Origin: the human T2T-CHM13v2.0 reference genome, Homo sapiens
Assembly (NCBI RefSeq): GCF_009914755.1
Contig: NC_060936.1
Direction: 5' to 3' (one strand)
DNA: 64,000 nt
A program made the translations under genes and the position numbers. Below, piece after piece: positions 59,061 to 64,000 of this stretch (the first letter of the stretch is position 1; every line of letters begins with the position of its first letter). Below the pieces are notes generated by a model. That model made no database searches. It saw only the letters and a program-made list of their open reading frames with translations, and had not been told where the DNA came from.

Positions 59061-61569
59061 CTTCCAAGCAAAGACTATTTCCAAAGCCACTGGATACCAG
59101 GGTGAAGGAACCATCTGATACTTCTAGTCTGATGATATTACTGAAGCAAATTTGACTATCATGTGTTCCTAAGTAGGTTGCTTAAGCTCTCTAAATCTAC
59201 TTTCTTAATTGTAAAATTGGAATGTCTCCTTGTCATTCTACTGCATAGGGATCTCATGAAGACTGAGGTTTTCTATTTTCTATTTTATTAGTAATGAAGT
59301 ATTTATACAAGCATAAGCAGTCACATCATCATTACTGTGCCCTTCCAATGAAATGGAAGGTACTGCTTAAAACTCTTAAGAATCTTATAGAATGCATAAC
59401 TCTTCCAGATTTTGCCATTGGAAAACTGGGTCCAGAGAGGTGAACTGACCTATTCATGACTACACAGCTTGTGAGGGGGAGAACTAATATTAGAACTTAG
59501 CCTCCTGAATCTCAGAACAGTGCAGGCACCACTGGATGGTGAGTCACCCCATAATAAGCCCTTACCCTCCAAACTCCCTCTCAGAGTAATAGTAATAATC
59601 CAACCTGCAACATACAGCTACATACAGATGCTCAGATGGCTGGAAAATGTAGTATTTTCCCTGTGGCCATGTGTACCCCATACTATCCCCATAGTAGGCT
59701 TAGCATAATGTCTAATATATAGGAGGCATTTAAAAATACTTACTGAATGAATGAGAAAGTGATTGAATGAATGACATGAATCACCAGATAAAGGACAAAG
59801 AAGCCAACTAAATGTATTGGTTACATACCTATGAGTTCACATGAGTGTATATATAAACACTTTAGTTACCAATAATCAGAAATATATAAATAAACTTTAT
59901 TATTAGAAACTCATTCTAATTTCACTAGAAAAAGGAAGGAAGAGAAGAAATGATAGTTTCAAAGTGACTTACCATATTTGTAAGGAAGGAAAAGAAATTT
60001 TTGTGTCTCATTTTCAATGAGGATTGCTCATACATCACACGACTAGTTGAAAAAAGATGTTTGTTTATTTACTTGTTTTTGCCAAAGCAGAGAGAATTTA
60101 GAAGAGAAGTCTGCTGTCTGCTGGGAATATTCATTCCCAGGGACAGAAGAGAGAAGAAAGCTCTTGTACTTTTCAACACATGTGACATTCCAGTGATGTT
60201 TACAATAAAAAAGAAAGCAATTCATCCATAAAATGTATTTCACAAAGAGAAAAGTACTTACACTTTTTTCAGGGGGGAAAAAAAAACAGTTGTCAGATTA
60301 GGCATTTAATGAAATACACATGAGCAAGGAGGAAAAGGAAGGGAGAACTGGGAGCAGTGTGCAAAAGAGTGCGCTAAGGCCACAGGGGCCCTGATGCCTC
60401 TGAGCCTCAGGAAGGAATTTGCTGGAGCCCAGCTGCAACCAATCCAAGGCAGGGAACTGAGTCAATGGGATGGAACACCCCGCACCCCCCATCCCCACCC
60501 CCACAGCATTTCAACATTGAACTTCTGCAGATAATGGCTAATGACAGAACTTTAGTACGATGGGCAGGGAAGATATTCAGGGACATGAGGGTCTCCTGGT
60601 GCCCCTTGGAGCAGCCTAATAGCCTCTACTCGTTGGGCACACAGCCTGCATTCAAATGAGCACCACAGGGAGAAACAATTGTAGACAGAATTCAAATTAG
60701 GAACGTGGCCAAATAGCTTTTAGATGCAACAGACTATTTGAGAAACTTCCAGAGAGAAATAGCCTGTGCTGTTAGCTCCTTCTGGGAGGAGCCACTCTTT
60801 CCAGTGTCACAGGGGCCAGGAAGCTCACGCTTGGAAACCCCACAGCCAAAACTAAACCTTCTTGCTGACATTCCATCTCAATTTGACTCTTTTATTTCAT
60901 GTCCAGCCCAAGACTGACAACATGACACACTTTTGTTTTTGTTCCAGAAAGCAAACAAATGTAAAGCTTTGTACATGGAGAAAAAGGCCAAATGTGGCTA
61001 TTATTCCTCATTAAAACTTCAAGTGTCAAGCTCTAAACCCCCAGGAAGATGGTAAGCAGGAATAGCTGAGAGACATTTACTGCCCGAGAGAGGAAGTGAA
61101 AGATAGACAGGGAAGGACAATACAATTGTGCTGTCCCCACCAGTGCTGCTATTTCCAGGGTCTTGCTGAGCAGAGCCTGGGCTGTAGAGTGAGTTCCAAT
61201 CCCATGCCTCGAGCCGTATCTGTCATCCTGTAGCCTCAGCTGCTGCCTTCAAGAAACACATCTCAGCCTCACGCTGGGAGGCAGGAGGTGGGTGTCCTTT
61301 CAGCACAGCTGTGCCTCGGATTCAAGACCTTATGTGACATTCCAGACTCATCACCACCAAGAAAAATAAAGATGCATGATTTCATTTAATCCTCACTACA
61401 ATCCAGTGGAAAGGTATTAATTTAATCCCCATTTTATGTGTGAGGAAATTAAGGTTTAGAGAGATTAAGTAACTTGAAAAGGATTAAAATTATGAAATGA
61501 GGACCTGGATGCAATCGGGATGCCTCCTGTCTTGAGAGAGAGAGAGAGGAAATGGCAAAAATGCATCCC

Positions 61570-61909
<340 letters not shown>

Positions 61910-62324
61910 TAAAAAAGCTGACGTATCCTACATTTTGTATTTGCTCATCAGTCACATGAGAAGGTAGACTTGGAGAATATATGTGAGCTGTGGAGGCACA
62001 GTGGCATTAGGTCACATGTAGGTGTCACCATTACCTGGCACAGAATCCCTGTGAGAAACTGGTGTCTTCCCCCATTTACCCATGAAGAGACTAAGGCTTC
62101 ACCAAGTCAAGATGGGCCGAAGCCATCAAGTTAAGAAGTGGAGACGCTAGAAGAAAAAGCTCATTTCCCACCCAGTCTAGACCCCTTCCAGCCAACTTCA
62201 GCTGCCTCCCAAATTCTTTCTTCACTCCTGTGGTGTGCTCCAAACTGTGCTGTATATTTATTATTTTATTTAATGCACACAACAGCTTGGATGGCATCAT
62301 ATTATTGTGCATTGAAAATTACCA

Positions 62325-62680
62325 GAGTTCCATCGAAGCTGGGAGTTGAGCCGTTGTTCTTGTGCACTGCTGCCATTGCCATTGACAATGCAGAACTTTG
62401 TGAACACCTTGACAGGTAAGACCATTACCCTTGAGGTCAAGCCCAGTGACACCATTGAGAATGTCAAGGCAAAGATTCAAGACAAGGATGGCCTTCTCCC
62501 TGACCAGCAGAGGTTGATCTTTGCCAGAAACAACTGGAAGATGAGCACACCATCTGACTATGACATCCCCAAAGGTCCACTTGGCACTTGTTTCTGTACT
62601 TGAGGGGAGGTGTCTAAGTTTTCCCTTTCTTTTGAGCTTTCAACAAATCTCATTGCACTTTTCTTTTAATAAAGTTGTAG
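62325..62680 (+). pseudogene. UBC: Processed pseudogene of polyubiquitin C with a single frameshifted ubiquitin unit (ATG 62388, stop 62615-62617)
   Basis: [33 protein letters not shown]...; ends agg gga ggt gtc taa (RGGV*, the UBC terminal residue); 5'UTR agttcc...ttgacaATG and 3'UTR gttttccc...caacaaatctcattgcacttt...aataaagttg match remembered UBC UTRs; indels of -1, -2, -1; degenerate TSD aaaattaccagagtt/aaaattgcaagtgtt. Symbol is the parent gene. Confidence 0.88.
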
Positions 62681-63649
62681 CCCTACCCTCCCCCAACAAA
62701 AATTGCAAGTGTTAGAGCTTTGAGACTTTCAAATAAAATGCATGAAGCTTTACATTTCAATCCTTGTGTTGGTACCAAGGTTTGGCCACTCTGAGAATAC
62801 ACAGGCAGAGAACACATTATCCATTTCTACAGTATTTCAGTTCTGGGTCTGAAAAGACCTAAGTCTGAAGGTAGAAAAAAAAATCATATAATGGAGGATA
62901 ATATTGAAGTTTTTTAAAAGGATAGAAAAGCTTATTTCCCATTTGATCCACCAGCCCAGGTAACAAGCAATGCCTTGGGTCACCTTTCAACACAACTACA
63001 ACATAATGAAGCTTCTGCAGACAGTCTCTCAGGGCCTTAACTTTACTCATTTGAAGCTGGTACTGAGGTATTTTAAATTATGTTTTAATTTCTTTATCCC
63101 ACCATGACAGAATTATGTGTCTGGGAGATTCGTTGTGACATTATGTCCGCAGAATTAGCTGTGAATCAGGAATGAGTGTGCCCCCAAGCAGCTCCATTTA
63201 CTTGATATTATAAAGTGAAAATGTCATGGCTAATAATGCATGTCTGAGTTGTACTCAGTTTAGTGAAAGTCTGAGGCTGAAAACCTTCTGAACCAAAGAA
63301 AAAAATTTAAGATCTCACTTTTGGGGGGTACAGTAGATAGAAGAATTTTAAGGGCAGAGTTCTAAACTTTGTCTCTGCTCCCTGCAATGGCATTCTACAC
63401 GATATACTCTTGAAGGGGGGGCTTGTGCTGGGGTGGGGGTGGGTGGTACATGGGAGACTCTTGACTGGCTGGCAGGGTACTAGGTCTAGGGGGAGGATTA
63501 CAGGGAAGGAGGTTACTTTCTAAAAATTCACTAAGCTGCTCATGTATTTAATGCAGTTTTCTGTGTTTGTTATTTTTAACAACTTTTAAGGTATTTTTGT
63601 TTTATTAAAGGGGCCCACTATGGGCAAGGCAGGGTGCCAAGCTCCATGG

Positions 63650-63755
63650 GTTTAAGATCCCCTGCATCTCTTTTGTTCACTGCTGACTCTTAAGCACTCA
63701 GAAAAGTGCTTGGCACATAGCAGACACCCAGTACATATTTGTTGAACATTGTTGA
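63650..63755 (+). mobile_element. L2 3' end
   Basis: ttgttcactgctg...aagtgcttggcacatag...atatttgttgaa. Confidence 0.7.
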
Positions 63756-63779
63756 AGATCACACAGAAGAAAAAGACAT

Positions 63780-64000
63780 TCATCATTAGATATTGTCAAA
63801 ACCCACAGGATATACATCAAGAGTGAGCCCTAATGGAAACTAAGTACTTTGGGTGATAATGATGTCTCAGTTCATGTTACATCATGGATTGTAACAAATG
63901 TGCCACTCTGGTGCAGAAATGTTGACCATGGAGAAGGTTGTACATGTGTGTTATGGGTATATGGGAAATCTCTGTAATGTCCTCTCAATTTTGTTGTGAA
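63780..64000 (+). mobile_element. L1MC-type 3' end fragment
   Basis: caagagtgagccctaatg...ttgtaacaaatgtgccactctggtg...tatatgggaaatctctgta. Confidence 0.8.

Noticed and set aside
62346-62603. 85-aa ubiquitin-like ORF as a functional gene
   Set aside because: TTG start, substitutions at conserved residues, frameshift after ~codon 46, no in-frame di-Gly

Overview
Primate (human-like) genomic DNA, intergenic or deep-intronic and dominated by interspersed repeats: about 17 Alus, L1, L2, L3, MIR, MaLR/ERV LTRs, Tigger1, MADE1, MER53, MER85 and MER5A. No intact protein-coding gene is supported; the ORF track is almost all repeat-derived or low-complexity noise. Two processed pseudogenes are recognisable. 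One is a 5'-truncated RPS6KC1 retrocopy (28949-29876) with poly(A) and a 16-bp TSD. The other is a UBC retrocopy (62325-62680) that keeps the spliced 5'UTR and the 3'UTR but only ONE ubiquitin unit. The most unusual structure is a ~390-bp inverted duplication (32406-33105 vs 33618-34011, ~92% identical by manual alignment). It has fold-back hairpins and a mosaic junction, and its age is bracketed by two Alu insertions. Also noted: a MER61-type LTR with p53-like sites, a MER85 whose PGBD3-binding palindrome looks flipped, an RFX X-box plus GC-box promoter-like patch, and two plus-strand candidate exons. I do not see a convincing new biological system. Repeat subfamily names and parent-gene matches come from remembered consensus sequences and need confirmation with RepeatMasker/BLAST.
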